DNA from: a virus
Lineage: Duplodnaviria > Caudoviricetes
Length of the DNA: 33,626 nucleotides
Reading direction: 5' to 3' (one strand)
IMG/VR virus record: IMGVR_UViG_3300013118_000260
Location: 1-33,626 of that record
Within the stretch, counting starts at the first letter, position 1, and every line of letters starts with the position of its first letter. Under the pieces are notes generated by a model that was not told the DNA's origin, searched no databases, and saw only the letters and a program-made list of their open reading frames with translations. The position numbers and the translations under genes were made by a program. Of this stretch, positions 15,134 to 24,434 are shown in pieces.

Positions 15134-17175
15134 TATCTACCTGCCTCGTAAAGTTCACTTACTTGTGCCGATGATAATCCACGACTATAGAATCGTACAT
15201 CATCTATCGTGCCATCAAAATAAGCATTATATCCTGCGTTTCGGTATCCAAAAATAACATCAGAAGAATTATCCAAATCATCAGCAGATGCACCTAATCC
15301 ATCTGCACTGCCATCTATATACAAATACACATTAGAACCCACTCTCGTTGCAACTACATGATGCCATGTATTCAACGATATAGTACCCGTACTAGTAGCA
15401 TCACTAACCGCATCTACTCTCCATGTTAATGTGCCAACTTCATTTCCATTTACTTGCAAAGCATATTCATTCGCATTTTCCGGGTCGCCTTTACAGAGAA
15501 TCGTCTTATGCTGACTAGCCGCCGCATTAGTATCCAGATTTATCCATGCAGATACAGCAAACTCTCCCGTACTGAAATCTAAACTATCGGCATCACTTAC
15601 CGTAATGTATTGACTTGACCCATCTAAGTCTATTCCTTCCTTGATTTGCGCTGGAACTGTACTTGGAGAACCAGTAGTGGTACCGTTATTGCCTTCATTT
15701 GACTTATCATATACCGTAGTTCCGTTGACATCATTGGCATCCATAGGCAAACCCAATACTAAGTCTACACGGGAAGCTGCACTTATTTCTACAATCCTAT
15801 CAGCACTTAGAGCAGCTACTTCATCAGCCGTTAACAATCTATCCCATACTTTAAGATAATACCAATTACCCCTACCAGCCCAAGAACCATTACCGCCAGC
15901 ACCAAACAGTTGAGTTACCGCTCCCTGTGCCCAGGCAGTCGTATCTTGATTAAGTATCTGCGTACCGTTCATGTAAAAATCTGTTCTATCAGTAGTTGCA
16001 GAACTTACAACAACAAATATGGTTGTTTCGTTAGCCGCCCACTCACCTTCAAATGAAGCAGTAGCAATAGACTCTATTAACGTACCGCCTAAAGTTACGT
16101 CTAAGTTATTATCGCTAGGTCTTTTTAAGCTATATTCAGTTCCACTACTATCAAACACTGGTCTATTATTGCCATCATCAGCTGCAAAATTAGGTCTGTA
16201 TTTAACAGCAATAGATATTTCCGCCCCTCCACCAATAGGGTCAGTACCAGGAGAGTAAGAGATATGGTTTGCTGCTCCACCGCCAGTGTATTGCACATAC
16301 CCGTCAGAACCTTCTACAAACACCATTACTCCTGTTTCAGTACCATTTAAATCACTACCGCCGGTATCGTAAACCGTATCTGTAGCGTTATTGTTGCCGA
16401 AACTCCACTCCAACGTCATTCCCTCACGGCTGACAGCATCATTTTCTACTATCCTATCAGCACTTAAATCCGCTATTTCAGCAGCCGTAAGTAACCGTTG
16501 CCACACTTTAAAATCATGCATTTCCCCATCGAAACAACTTCCTCCAATATAACTGGAACCAATGTAAATTGTCGCTGGATCATCCGGTGTCCATGCAGTA
16601 GCTTCTGAATTTTGTATCTGTTCTCCATTTAACCAAATATTGTTGTCCCCTGTAGTCCCAGAATAAATAAGCACATTCTTCTCGTCTGCTAACCAATAAT
16701 CTTCATAAGTAGCAAGTGCTACTGTGGTTAATACAGTATTGCCTATCATAGCAACCAATGAATTACTTTGTGCTCCTGCCTGTTTAAATATCCCGTATCT
16801 AGTGTTTGCATCTGCCCCATCCGAAAGCACATAATATGAACCATCATTAGCGGCAAAATCAGGAGTAAATACATACATAATGCTACAATTAGCAGTGTTA
16901 TATACTCCCGTACCTGTGCCAGAAAAATGATTATTATTCGAGCCAGGAAAATCTACCCCCGTAACAGCAAATGTAAGCGTACCTGTTTCCGTCTGGTTTA
17001 AGTCGGATCCCCCAGTATCGTACACCGTATCCGTACCGTTGTTGTTACCGAAATCCAACTCTAAATTTAAATCAGCACGGCTAACAGGATCACTCTCAAT
17101 TATCCGTGCTTCGTTATTAAAAGAAATGCAACAAATCGTTAATAACGTAATGCTTATTAAAGTTTTCTTTAGCAT
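15133..17175 (-). CDS. Triple LamG/concanavalin-A-like domain protein with a signal peptide (putative receptor-binding or fibre protein)
   Basis: Three repeats ending FDGEMHDFKVWQRLLT, YLKVWDRLLT and FDGTIDDVRFYSRGLS; WHHVVAT and LYIDG LamG motifs. Confidence 0.85.
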   Translation of the reverse strand: MLKKTLISITLLTICCISFNNEARIIESDPVSRADLNLELDFGNNNGTDTVYDTGGSDLNQTETGTLTFAVTGVDFPGSNNNHFSGTGTGVYNTANCSIMYVFTPDFAANDGSYYVLSDGADANTRYGIFKQAGAQSNSLVAMIGNTVLTTVALATYEDYWLADEKNVLIYSGTTGDNNIWLNGEQIQNSEATAWTPDDPATIYIGSSYIGGSCFDGEMHDFKVWQRLLTAAEIADLSADRIVENDAVSREGMTLEWSFGNNNATDTVYDTGGSDLNGTETGVMVFVEGSDGYVQYTGGGAANHISYSPGTDPIGGGAEISIAVKYRPNFAADDGNNRPVFDSSGTEYSLKRPSDNNLDVTLGGTLIESIATASFEGEWAANETTIFVVVSSATTDRTDFYMNGTQILNQDTTAWAQGAVTQLFGAGGNGSWAGRGNWYYLKVWDRLLTADEVAALSADRIVEISAASRVDLVLGLPMDANDVNGTTVYDKSNEGNNGTTTGSPSTVPAQIKEGIDLDGSSQYITVSDADSLDFSTGEFAVSAWINLDTNAAASQHKTILCKGDPENANEYALQVNGNEVGTLTWRVDAVSDATSTGTISLNTWHHVVATRVGSNVYLYIDGSADGLGASADDLDNSSDVIFGYRNAGYNAYFDGTIDDVRFYSRGLSSAQVSELYEAGR

Positions 17176-17184
17176 AGAATCTCC

Positions 17185-17721
17185 CTATTCTAAATGTGCT
17201 TCTATTTTGACATCTATAATCTTTACGTTTGTATCTACATTCGTGTTGTTAACATCAAAACTCATTGAATACGCAAAATCAGCCAAAGTAACATCTCCCG
17301 TTAATATGGTTTCACTTGCATATCCACTTCCTCCATTTCCTATATTTGCTTCAGAAGCATCTGACGTTACAGTACCATCGTGGTCAGCACGATAAAGATC
17401 AAAATCAAAATCATCACCATTATCAGCTGTATAATAATATACGGTTATTTGGTCTAAAACTACCGTACCACCAAACATTTGATACGGAACACCTAGTGGA
17501 GCGTAAATCGTATCATTAACAGTGTCTGGATATATCATGTTTGCACTACTTTGTTCAATCGGCTGTCCTGTGATGAATAAAAAATCTGCAAATCCTAAAT
17601 GCCACACAAATGTTGCATCCGATACTTCTCCGCTTGCATGTCCAGCACCACCTACTTGTACTGCAAGAACAGGTGTGCAAACCAATGTTAAACCAAGCAC
17701 CAAAGCTATTAAATTACGCAT
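17185..17721 (-). CDS. Beta-rich acidic virion-associated protein with a signal peptide
   Basis: MRNLIALVLGLTLVCTPVLA|VQ; SD AGGAGG. Confidence 0.6.
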   Translation of the reverse strand: MRNLIALVLGLTLVCTPVLAVQVGGAGHASGEVSDATFVWHLGFADFLFITGQPIEQSSANMIYPDTVNDTIYAPLGVPYQMFGGTVVLDQITVYYYTADNGDDFDFDLYRADHDGTVTSDASEANIGNGGSGYASETILTGDVTLADFAYSMSFDVNNTNVDTNVKIIDVKIEAHLE

Positions 17722-17730
17722 ATAAACCTC

Positions 17731-20070
17731 CTAGTTATCTGATCTGGATAATTCATACCATTCCGTATCGGTAAGGTCGTAATACAGCTGTATCGTATCC
17801 CCTAACCCAAGCGTGAAATCAATACCGCCACTAAGTTGTAAATCACTATTTGCAAGATTGCTCTCATCCTGCAAAGTAACAGTATTGGTGTCATTAGTGC
17901 CGATAATCATTACTATCTGCCCGTCCCTAGCACCTGCCTCCAACGTAGGCGTACCAGTAAGCGTGGTTGCAGCACCAGAACCATATACCCTGATAGAAAC
18001 GCTATCGGTAGTAATTGCTGTACCTGCTGCCATGCTATATGTCACAGGAGCAGCCCAGAACGCTCCATGTAACTGCACACCATCGTCCGTAACAGAACCG
18101 TCACCATCGGCATCAGCAATTACATCAAATACAGGGAATCCATCTACCGCAAAAGAATATCCTACATCATCACCACTTGAAGCAGTGGTAGTTGACGGTA
18201 CGTCCATTGAGATAGAGTAACTATCGTCAGGCATGTCAATCTTACCAGCTAATAGATTATTAATACTTACACCACTTCCGGCAACAGCTGATATGTTTAA
18301 ATCACCTACACCAGTCGTAATGTATGCGTTTGTGTCATCGTGATAACTTTCTATGTAATCAGGGTCAGAGCCAATTGTCTTACCGGGGCAATAAACATAT
18401 ACAGAACCATCATCTCCATTACCGCCAGTATCGTTGTTTCCAGGCTGTAACACTACATTACCGCCATCACCGCCTACCGTTTCCAATAGGTTAGCGTCAC
18501 CGCCTTGTAGAACCAATGTGCCACCATCATCATTAGTTGTATCAGAAGCATCCTGATAGGCAGTTTGTGCAACCAATGTCATATTACTAGTTGCTTGATC
18601 TCCCGACCTAGTACCTTGTGAAACACTTGGAGCTGAAGCACTCGCTGACCAAGAAACAGTAGAATTATTTAAGATTAAAACACTATCAATTGTTGTATTA
18701 ACCCCTGATCTACCAAGAGTTAACGCTGTTTGTGTCGCTGTACCAACATTCAAAGCTGTAGCTGTAACTGTATCAATAGTTCCGTCAACTAGAACATTAC
18801 CATCAAAACGACAACTGCCATCATCTACCCACATAGCATAAGCGTTAGTAAGCGTCATATTAGCACCAGCTGCCGGAGCGTTATCAATATAAACCGTAGC
18901 CGCATCTGTTATCGTTAATGCACCACCTGCATCACCAATGTAGGTTGGACGTAAGAACTCTATTTCACGTTGCGTGGCTAACGGCCCAGCACCAGACGCC
19001 CATGTCTTATTAGCGGAAAAATCAAAAGTAACTCCAGTTACTTCTGTAGCCGCTGTTAAAGCCGTATGTGCGCCTCCTGTAACGCTAAATGCTATTGGTG
19101 TACCAGTACCAGCTCCTTGAGCTATAATCAATCCACCTAAATAATCAAAATATGCAACCTCTGTTGTAAGCCCATCAGGATATAAACTCAATATCTTATC
19201 ACCTGCTGTTGTTAAACTAGTTTCATTTCCAATTTGTACTCCAGCCACTCCACCGCCATCCGCTACATTACCCTCTACAGAAAGAGCACCAGCGGAAACA
19301 GTCTGAAGTATATTTGATTTAAAACTATCAGTTATCCCGGACAATGTTACTACCCCCCCATTAGGGTCAAACGTAATGTCACCTGCGCCTGTTGTAATTA
19401 CACCATTAGTTTGATTGTGAGTAAAAGCAAGCCAATCTGCTACAGTCGCCTGATCTGATGATTGGATAAATAAAGTCGGATTTGTAGATTGTGTATGTGC
19501 GAAATTTGTACTCTGATCCCCTGCTTCACAAATTGTTAAATGTCTACTAGCAGTGGCTAACGTTAAAAACAGCGAATCTACCGTCTGTGCTGTATTAAAC
19601 GCAAAACTACTATCGTCACTATCGCCACATGCGAGAAGTACATCATCTGGAATATTTACGATACTGTTATTTGTGTCAACAATCAATATGTCACCAGCAT
19701 CACCGTTCTGACGAATAAGTAATGCTTCATCAGCATCTACATCAACGGTTAAAGCCGCTTCTAAGTTTTGGGCTAAGGAGATTGTGGTCGTACCATCAAC
19801 AACGAGATCGCCATTCAAACTTACATCACCTTCTCTGGTGAGGCTAATACCAGTGTCTCCATATCCACCACCAATTTCAACACTGTCAGCAGTAACGCCA
19901 TTATCTGTCTGAATACCGCCATCCCCGTCAATGTCGCAGCCGGTCTGTCCGTACCCACCGCCTACTTTAAGGTAGTTGAAACGTTTCGCCTGCTCCCATC
20001 CAGCTTCCCAACAGAAAGCAGAACCACTGATTAGTACAATCCCCGTTACGATAGCCAAAACCTTCTTCAT
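17731..20070 (-). CDS. Long Gly/Asp/Thr-rich fibre-like protein (779 aa) with a signal peptide
   Basis: MKKVLAIVTGIVLISGSAFC|WE; beta repeats (GGTLVLQGG, GGNVVLQPG); C-terminal fibre-tip-like domain ending WYELSRSDN. Confidence 0.7.
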   Translation of the reverse strand: MKKVLAIVTGIVLISGSAFCWEAGWEQAKRFNYLKVGGGYGQTGCDIDGDGGIQTDNGVTADSVEIGGGYGDTGISLTREGDVSLNGDLVVDGTTTISLAQNLEAALTVDVDADEALLIRQNGDAGDILIVDTNNSIVNIPDDVLLACGDSDDSSFAFNTAQTVDSLFLTLATASRHLTICEAGDQSTNFAHTQSTNPTLFIQSSDQATVADWLAFTHNQTNGVITTGAGDITFDPNGGVVTLSGITDSFKSNILQTVSAGALSVEGNVADGGGVAGVQIGNETSLTTAGDKILSLYPDGLTTEVAYFDYLGGLIIAQGAGTGTPIAFSVTGGAHTALTAATEVTGVTFDFSANKTWASGAGPLATQREIEFLRPTYIGDAGGALTITDAATVYIDNAPAAGANMTLTNAYAMWVDDGSCRFDGNVLVDGTIDTVTATALNVGTATQTALTLGRSGVNTTIDSVLILNNSTVSWSASASAPSVSQGTRSGDQATSNMTLVAQTAYQDASDTTNDDGGTLVLQGGDANLLETVGGDGGNVVLQPGNNDTGGNGDDGSVYVYCPGKTIGSDPDYIESYHDDTNAYITTGVGDLNISAVAGSGVSINNLLAGKIDMPDDSYSISMDVPSTTTASSGDDVGYSFAVDGFPVFDVIADADGDGSVTDDGVQLHGAFWAAPVTYSMAAGTAITTDSVSIRVYGSGAATTLTGTPTLEAGARDGQIVMIIGTNDTNTVTLQDESNLANSDLQLSGGIDFTLGLGDTIQLYYDLTDTEWYELSRSDN

Positions 20071-20084
20071 CTAACCCTCCTTAA

Positions 20085-20906
20085 TTAACTCTTGTTCGTA
20101 TGTTCATACCAATTCAATTCTATTACATGGTAATTATCGTTATTGTCTAAACTAGTGGCTCTAAACGCATATTGCTGATTTTGTTCTAATAGAAACTCAT
20201 ATCTCCCTGATGCCGCTCCTCCAGCCTGACCTATACCCAAAAAACCGCCAGAAGAGCCTATAATAACTGAAGCTATTACTGTCCCGGTTATATTAGCACC
20301 AGCCGCTTGTGCTTCATTAAACGTAGTAACATTATTAGATACAGGAGCGGCTTGAACAGAAGTAACTTCACTTAAAGTATTGCTATTCCTGTCTCTATTA
20401 TAGGGCGTTATTTGCGTTCCCTCATCATTATCAATAGTAGGATTTTCTAATATCTCAAGTCTGGTTAAAGAAGTGCAAAATCCAGTAGCCACTATGTGAA
20501 TCCATTTTGTTGTGTCAGGAGTATTGAACGCAACAACAGATTGTTCACCAGTATTTGTACATTGGTTCTCAAAACATACTACAAAAGCATTACCGCTATG
20601 TATTTCATGGTGTTCATATTCAATCGTTTCAATAGCGTGAGTAGCGGCATCCATCTCTATTGGTCTGGCATCATCATCATCACGACGACCGTAAATAGCA
20701 CTTGCCGTTACTATCCCTTTCTTACCGTCAAGGTCATGTGTGCTATCCGTTAAGGTTTCTACTTCAACGTCATTCACCCCATCAGTAATCTGGGTCTTTT
20801 GCGTACCGTCTGTCTGATTGGCAATACTATCATCCTGCTTCTCTTCCGTAGCAGGATTAATCAATACTCCAAGAAGATTTGCTAGTTGCCTTACATGCTC
20901 ATCCAT
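20085..20906 (-). CDS. Hypothetical virion-associated protein (273 aa)
   Basis: In the structural operon; NPATEEKQD and EHHEIHSG motifs; beta-rich; no signal peptide. Confidence 0.55.
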   Translation of the reverse strand: MDEHVRQLANLLGVLINPATEEKQDDSIANQTDGTQKTQITDGVNDVEVETLTDSTHDLDGKKGIVTASAIYGRRDDDDARPIEMDAATHAIETIEYEHHEIHSGNAFVVCFENQCTNTGEQSVVAFNTPDTTKWIHIVATGFCTSLTRLEILENPTIDNDEGTQITPYNRDRNSNTLSEVTSVQAAPVSNNVTTFNEAQAAGANITGTVIASVIIGSSGGFLGIGQAGGAASGRYEFLLEQNQQYAFRATSLDNNDNYHVIELNWYEHTNKS

Positions 20907-21768
20907 TCTTTAACGCCCTCTCCCTTGCATCAAGGGTTTTACTATACTCTCTTAAATCTTTTGCCTGTAAATTCAATGCTTGTTGTTTACTCGCTAACAT
21001 ACGCTCTTTATCCTTCATCTGCTCCATTAACTCTTTACCTTTCTCCAAAGTAGTCTTGCTGTTAGCAATCAATTTCTCTGCCTGAACATTTTTCATGTTT
21101 ACTTCAGCTTCTTGTTTCTTTAATGCCTTATCTTTCCGTTCGTAAATACTAATCTGCTGCTCCACTAAGAGCCTATCGGCTTTAAGTAAATCTTCCCTTT
21201 CGTTAATCGCATTGGCTGATTCTGTCAGGGTAGCTTCCATATCCCTTACTAACGCTCTGCGTTCGTCTAGTTCATCCAAGGTTTCTTCATCCCTGGCTCT
21301 GGCTACCGCTAGTTCCTTGAGTTCTTTCTGTATCGCTATCTGAGTAGCCTTTGCTTTCGCTTCTGCTTCCCTGATACCGGTTGCCTTGTTCTGCAACGAT
21401 TGATCCAGTTTCTTCAAACTAGCTTCACGTTTACGCAAATCCACCAATCTGGTATCTGCATCAGCTTGTGCTTGATTGAGTTCAGCTTCCATTTCCTCTT
21501 TAACCTGCTCCTTTTTTTTGAGTTCAGCTTTGATCTTATTCATCTCACTAATAGCTTTAATCTTCTCAGCTTTAGCAGCAGTAATATCATCTGCCGCTTC
21601 AGCCTTGTTCTGTTCAAGTGCCGCAATCAATGCTTCCTTCTTTTTACCTAACGAAAGAATATCAGCTTTGATCTTCCCTAATTCAGCGTTGTACTTCGCT
21701 ATTGTAGAAGGATTAGGTTTCCCCTTTAGTACAGTCGTATAAACAGTATCTTCGCCTTCCCATCCCAT
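20899..21768 (-). CDS. Long coiled-coil protein (289 aa)
   Basis: Nearly continuous K/E/A/L heptads; SD AAAGGAGG. Confidence 0.7.
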   Translation of the reverse strand: MGWEGEDTVYTTVLKGKPNPSTIAKYNAELGKIKADILSLGKKKEALIAALEQNKAEAADDITAAKAEKIKAISEMNKIKAELKKKEQVKEEMEAELNQAQADADTRLVDLRKREASLKKLDQSLQNKATGIREAEAKAKATQIAIQKELKELAVARARDEETLDELDERRALVRDMEATLTESANAINEREDLLKADRLLVEQQISIYERKDKALKKQEAEVNMKNVQAEKLIANSKTTLEKGKELMEQMKDKERMLASKQQALNLQAKDLREYSKTLDARERALKNG

Positions 21769-21780
21769 GATTCCTCCTTT

Positions 21781-22170
21781 TTACGCATCTTCCATTCTGT
21801 AAAAGTAAGCGGTGACTAAAGTATCCGTTTGATTTCCTGCCTGTCCGGTGATAAGTATACGGATATAGTTCATCGGCACAGCACTAACACTGGTAATGAA
21901 ATATGTTTCCTGGGTAAGGTTAGTTACAATATCCGGTGCACCGTCAGGAATAACGTAGTTTGTATCCGCTGAACCTTCAGTTGTGGGTCTTGTGAAACTC
22001 TGCTCATACTGCACCAGCAGGTCAGGGGTTCCCAGAACAGAAGTAGCCACAATCGCAATCCCGAAATTAGTTCCATGAGAACCAATATCGATTGAATCGC
22101 TTCTTACCGCCCCAGTACCATTAACCAACTCCGCACTAAATATCGTAATATTTCCACCAACTCTAGCCAT
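21781..22170 (-). CDS. Small beta-sandwich virion protein (possible spike/fibre base)
   Basis: Alternating beta strands, YIRILITG; the function is inferred from position only. Confidence 0.45.
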   Translation of the reverse strand: MARVGGNITIFSAELVNGTGAVRSDSIDIGSHGTNFGIAIVATSVLGTPDLLVQYEQSFTRPTTEGSADTNYVIPDGAPDIVTNLTQETYFITSVSAVPMNYIRILITGQAGNQTDTLVTAYFYRMEDA

Positions 22171-23269
22171 TTGCTACCTCCTTTTTAACCACTTCCCACA
22201 TTGCTATCGCTAAGAGCGCAATTATCATCAGGTGTGGCATATGAAACGTGAAATTAGTTAAACAGTTAATTGCTACACAGCAAAGAACACAAAATATTAT
22301 TAGTGTTTCTTGTGTCTTCTTCATCTTAATAAATTTATATATAGAATCTGCGATATACCCTATCACAGCTAATAAGCTAAACATTCCTGATTCATAAAGT
22401 ATTTGAAAATATTCGTTATGCGCTTCTAAAACCCTGTTGCCTACCGGCCTCAAAACCTTAAAATTCCCTAATCCATAACCCTTAAACCAAGCTGCCTGAC
22501 TCATATTCTTTACTATTTTCTCCCACCAAACCAACCTGCCCTGCGCTCCTTTCCACCTGTACAACACATAAACAATATTCATCCCCAAGATAACAAAAAA
22601 CAATAGTAACCAGAACGTATCTATCTCTTTGAAACTATCCAAATAAAAGAACAGGAAATAAGCAAGTGTAAACGCTGCAAGTAACATTCCCCCTCTGGTA
22701 TGGCACACTGTCCAGTTCTTTAGGAACAGGGCTGAAAGAACCACCGGTATTAATACCCACCATTTACGCCTGAAAAAACACGGTAAACATATCCCTATGA
22801 GTGCTGACAGGTGATTAGGATTGTGCATGAACCCCACTACTATCTTGCGTGTGAATGTCAGGTTATCCGTATTGTTCTTGTACGGGTGGTATATCGGGTC
22901 AAAGTCAAAGAACTGACCCCAAGCATACAACGCATTTAATAACGCAATCACACAAAGCATGTTCAAAATCGGTGATAATCGTTTATTGTTCAAAGATTGA
23001 ACAAGCAAGCATAATATCCCCATACCGCAAGCTACTTTAAAAAAGCTGAAGTATACTGGGGCTGTATGGTGTATGAATGCTGTAACCGTACAAGCCAAGA
23101 AGAACAATCTCAACCACCAGTTCTTTATCCAGCAAGCTGCTACCATGAAGAACACAAACAGTATCCATACCTCTTTAGCTGCTCGTATTTGAAAGAATTT
23201 CGGGTACATATACCCAAAAAACGCTATGAGAAAGACCGATATTACTAACCATGTGGTATTCTTTTTCAT
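22163..23269 (-). CDS. O-antigen ligase / Wzy_C-family polytopic membrane glycosyltransferase (WaaL / O-OTase-like)
   Basis: About 10-12 hydrophobic helices; GFMHNPNHL, TRGG, GRLVWW, GYGLGNF, AHNEYFQILYESG, FTFHMP; likely start MKKNTTW at 23269. Confidence 0.88.
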   Translation of the reverse strand: MKKNTTWLVISVFLIAFFGYMYPKFFQIRAAKEVWILFVFFMVAACWIKNWWLRLFFLACTVTAFIHHTAPVYFSFFKVACGMGILCLLVQSLNNKRLSPILNMLCVIALLNALYAWGQFFDFDPIYHPYKNNTDNLTFTRKIVVGFMHNPNHLSALIGICLPCFFRRKWWVLIPVVLSALFLKNWTVCHTRGGMLLAAFTLAYFLFFYLDSFKEIDTFWLLLFFVILGMNIVYVLYRWKGAQGRLVWWEKIVKNMSQAAWFKGYGLGNFKVLRPVGNRVLEAHNEYFQILYESGMFSLLAVIGYIADSIYKFIKMKKTQETLIIFCVLCCVAINCLTNFTFHMPHLMIIALLAIAMWEVVKKEVANG

Positions 23270-23283
23270 TATCCACCATCCTT

Positions 23284-23313
23284 GGGGGAGAGGCATTATT
23301 TCACCCCTCCCCC
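23284..23313 (-). terminator. GC-rich hairpin after the capsid/decoration genes (attenuator or mRNA stabiliser)
   Basis: GGGGGAGGGG-N10-CCTCTCCCCC on the minus strand; no U-tract, so probably leaky. Confidence 0.45.
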
Positions 23314-23338
23314 GTTTAACTCTCTCACAAAATCAGTT

Positions 23339-24406
23339 TTAGTCGTTGTCTGTCCAAGTACCATTAATCGCTGTTACAAACCAGCCACCATTACCGTCAC
23401 AAGCCAAAGTTACTGAAGTCCCTGTAGCGCTAGCAGCACTCAGCAATCTATCTCCACCGGCTAAAGAATTGCCGCTAGGAGAATAGATAATCGTGTCTGT
23501 CCCGGTAGGATCAATGTTCACTTGGCTGCTAGTAAAAGCAACAATAGTGTAAACATTGCCGGCTGTAACTCCTTCAGGCAACGTCATTGTTACTCCATTT
23601 GCAGTAACCGCAAACAAATTACCACTATCAGAACTAACTAAAATTGTACTTGCGGTAATTGCTTCACCACCAGTCATCCTGAAACCAGCTCCCTGAATCA
23701 CTCCATCTGAAGTAATATCACCTACCCCGGTAACAATACCAGAAGGGTCAATATCCCAATCAGATGAATTAACTGTTAAGGTTTCATCACCATCACCAAT
23801 GGAAATGTCTGAACCATCAGCATCAAGTGAATCGAGAGCAATCTGACCTACATTAGCAATGTTGGCGTCACCATTATCAATACCGGTAACGTTAATCGAA
23901 CCGCTCGTACCGCCATCAATAATCTGCATTAAAGTATTCGTGCCATCAGTGAAATTAATCTGACCATCTACGTCATTCTCCATCGTTTCACCATTAATCA
24001 TCTCAACAATACTGAGTCCAACCAAATCAGCTGAAGTGCCAGTATCACGGAGAATCATCAAATCGTTGGTGCCGTCTGTGAACGCTAGATCACCATCAGT
24101 AATGTTCTCGATCTCTTCTCCGTTATCAAAGATAACTTTACGAATCCCCGACAAATCACCTGTAGTGCCAGTATCAACGATTGACCATAATGTGTTCGTG
24201 CCATCAGTAAACGAAATCGTGCCATCGGTAGAGTTATCAATGCTCTCACCGTTGTCTAGCACAACCACGCCACTACTGTTTACCCGAAACACATCATCAG
24301 CACCGCCTTCATCCGTTATGGTGAATCTATCGCCTATTGCGGCGTACAACACAAACCCTACTCCTAAGACAGAAATAAGGAATGCGATAAATAGAACTTT
24401 TTTCAT
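23339..24406 (-). CDS. Capsid-adjacent fibre/decoration-like protein with a signal peptide and three 43-aa repeats
   Basis: MKKVLFIAFLISVLGVGFVLYA|AI; NGE...DG...FTDGTN x3; C-terminal TLP...G..YTI...GGWFV..NGTW domain. Confidence 0.65.
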   Translation of the reverse strand: MKKVLFIAFLISVLGVGFVLYAAIGDRFTITDEGGADDVFRVNSSGVVVLDNGESIDNSTDGTISFTDGTNTLWSIVDTGTTGDLSGIRKVIFDNGEEIENITDGDLAFTDGTNDLMILRDTGTSADLVGLSIVEMINGETMENDVDGQINFTDGTNTLMQIIDGGTSGSINVTGIDNGDANIANVGQIALDSLDADGSDISIGDGDETLTVNSSDWDIDPSGIVTGVGDITSDGVIQGAGFRMTGGEAITASTILVSSDSGNLFAVTANGVTMTLPEGVTAGNVYTIVAFTSSQVNIDPTGTDTIIYSPSGNSLAGGDRLLSAASATGTSVTLACDGNGGWFVTAINGTWTDND

Positions 24407-24434
24407 ACCTTATCCCTCCTTGATATCTCTATCG

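Noticed and set aside
15133-17175. Diversity-generating retroelement TR/VR pair in the LamG repeats
   Set aside because: The differences between copies are not adenine-specific, both copies are in-frame domains, and no reverse transcriptase is present.
20899-21768. Tape-measure protein or tail-chaperone frameshift
   Set aside because: Short and highly charged, with no tail tube or chaperone genes nearby; the architecture is podovirus-like.
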